DNA from: Octopus sinensis
Taxonomy: Eukaryota
Direction of reading: 5' to 3'
Length of the DNA stretch: 64,000 bases
NCBI RefSeq assembly: GCF_006345805.1
Contig: NC_043016.1
Coordinates: forward strand, 26,722,001-26,786,000
Part shown: piece by piece, positions 61,630-64,000 of the stretch
Layout: the number at the start of each line of letters is the position of its first letter
Position numbering within the stretch: the first letter of the stretch is position 1
Made by a program: the position numbers and the translations under genes
Notes under the pieces: generated by a model
What the model saw: only the letters and a program-made list of their open reading frames with translations
Database searches by the model: none
What the model was told of the DNA's origin: nothing

Positions 61630-62775
61630 AGAAAACAAGAAGTAGCTGATAACTTTCGTTACCTAGGTGACCAAGTCAGTAGTGGGAGAGGGTGTGCTGA
61701 AAGTGTAGCTGCTAGAATAAGAATAGCCTGGGCAAAGTTTAGAGAGCTCTTACCTCTGCTGGTGACAAAGGGCCTCTTGCTCAGAATAAAAGGTAGACAG
61801 TATGACGCATGTGTACGAAAAGCCATGCTACATGACAGTGAAACATGGGCCATGACTGCTGAGGACATATGTAAGCTTGCAAATAATGAAACCAGTATGC
61901 TCTACTGGATGTGTAATGTCTGTGTGCATACTCGACAGAGTGTAAGTACCTTGAGAGAAAAGTTGGACCTAAGAAGCATCAGATGTAGTGTGCAAGAGAG
62001 ATGACTGCACTGGTATGGTAATGCGGCGAGAATGAATAAGGATAGTTGTGTCAAAAAGTGCCACACTCTAGCGGTTGAGGGAACCTGTGCAAGAGGTAGA
62101 CCCAGGAAGACCTGTGATGAAGTGGTGAAGCACGACCTTCGAACATTAGACCTCACTGAGGCAAGACTAGTGACCGAGACTTTTGGAAATATGCTGTGCT
62201 TGAGAAGACCCGGCAAGCCAAGTGAGACCATAACCTTGTGGCCTAAGCCAGGGGTGTAATCAGCCCTCTTATGTGTACCTTCCCTTCATCAGACAAAGCT
62301 TGTGAAGACCTGTTGAGGCAAGTGAAATCGGAATCAAAATCAAATTCAATGGTTGGCATCCGTGCTACTGGAGCACTAAGAGCACCACCAGAGCATGATC
62401 GTTGCCAGAGTGGCTAACTGGCGCTCATTCTGGTTGCACGTAAAATGCACCATTCAAGCGTGATCATTACTAGTGTCGCCTTACTGTCACTTGTGCCGGT
62501 GTGCAGGTGACACGTTAAAAAAAAACAAACAATTTTTCTATGCCCGTTGTCAGTGTCGCCTGACTGGCCCTCGTGCCAGTGGAACATAAAAGCACCCACT
62601 ACACTCTCGGAGTGGTTGGCGTTAGGAAGGGCATCCAGCTGTAGAAACTGTGCGAAATCAAGATTGGAATCTGGTGTAGCCATCTGGTTCGCCAGTCCTC
62701 AGTCAAATTGTCCAACCCATGCTAGCATGGAAATGGAAAGCAGATGTTAAACAATGATGATGATGATGATGATGA
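61630..62775 (+). mobile_element. RTE RT C-terminus + 3' UTR + (GAT)n tail
   Basis: RIRIAWAKFRELLPLL, AMLHDSETW, GRPRKTCDEVVKHDLRTL. Confidence 0.9.
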
Positions 62776-62796
62776 TATATATATATATATAATATA

Positions 62797-62839
<43 letters not shown>

Positions 62840-62848
62840 CATATAACA

Positions 62849-62890
<42 letters not shown>

Positions 62891-62994
62891 AATATTTCGC
62901 TGAATTCTTCCTCTAGAGAATTTCCCTTGTAGTTTGATCGTTGATGATCTTCTTCTAGCATTCTGGCCGGCTACCTAGCAGGCCAGCCCTGCCA

Positions 62995-63060
<66 letters not shown>

Positions 63061-63288
63061 ATATATATATAATATAATATATATATTATATATATACATA
63101 TACATTATATATATATATATATAATATATATTATATACACACACATATACAGATCACTAGCCACTACACTATACATATATCTACATACACATACATATAT
63201 ATATAAATATGCATATATATATATAATATATACAATATGTATTTATATATACATTATAACATATACATATATACATATACATATATAC

Positions 63289-64000
63289 ATATTTGTAATC
63301 AGAAACTATATTTAAGAGCGTATTGTTGAGAGTATGGATGATGAAATCACTGTTGGACAGGCACTTGTTTACATATTCAGTCTTGGACTCATTGAGGTAA
63401 AGACCTACACAATTTGAGGCTTGTTCAAGAGATTGTAAAAGAGACTGGGCATTGGAGAGAGAATCACTGATAAGAGTGATGTCATCAGCAAAGTTTCTTA
63501 AATATGGTTTCTGATTACAAATATCTTGGGTCGTACATATCATCTGAAAAAGATTTTCTAACTAGAAAGGGTATGGCCTGGTCAGCCTGTAATGATATGC
63601 ATAAGATCTGGTCATCAAATCTAAGTAGAGATTTCAAACTTACAATCTTCAAAGCCACAGTCGAACCCATTCTACTATATGGCTCAGAAACCTGGACGTT
63701 ATCAAAGAAGCTTGAGGGGGTTGATGGAACTACACACTCGCCTCCTTATGGGAGCTCAAATCTCTCGTGGAAGTGTCATCCAACCAAAGTACAAATATAT
63801 TGGAAATTACCACCATATATCATTTCTTGTGAAAAGTAGAAGAGTCCAGTTTGCTGGACATTGTTGTAGAGCTGAAAACGAGGTAATTTCTATTCTTCTC
63901 CTCTGAAAGCCATCTGCTCACGATACCAGAGGGTACACACTCTCCTACCCTGATGTAATCACCAGGAATACAGGCATCCAGCAACAGGACCTCCGTAATG
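63289..64000. mobile_element. Different RTE-like LINE family, RT C-terminus with an inverted 5' segment; continues beyond the window
   Basis: The minus piece 63289-63496 reads FADDITLISDSLSNAQSLLQSLEQASNCVGLYLNESKTEY...IVSDYKY. The plus piece from 63497 reads VSDYKYLGSYIS...ILLYGSETW...RRVQFAGHC.RAE. Confidence 0.88.

Overview
This is AT-rich, repeat-dense eukaryotic DNA; the (GAT)n-tailed RTE LINEs, tRNA-SINEs and abundant TA/TG/CAT microsatellites look like Octopus (recognition, not a database result). The only host gene I can support is the 3' part of MORN3 (+): four exons (28-182, 7597-7756, 11849-12033, 17323-17391) with canonical, phase-compatible GT-AG junctions, giving about 189 aa and a stop. 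The rest is a mosaic of about 15 RTE LINE copies (one near-full-length but dead, 35.7-39.7 kb), several tRNA-SINE families, CR1, CRE-like and Penelope-like relics, mariner/maT/hAT/pogo relics and MITEs, plus a 100-N gap. Most other ORFs in the track are microsatellite or TE artefacts. The best lead is a 328-bp insertion at 31.94-32.27 kb with a 13-bp TSD, joining a tRNA-type Pol III head to a minimal Penelope-type hammerhead ribozyme in an inverted head-to-head layout. Other leads: RTE 3' UTRs built from variable arrays of about 60-bp hairpin units where truncated copies fold back, apparent RTE insertion into (TA)n, a twin-priming-like LINE inversion, and a SINE tail shared with a CR1 3' end. 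Coordinates of old, degenerate repeats are approximate.
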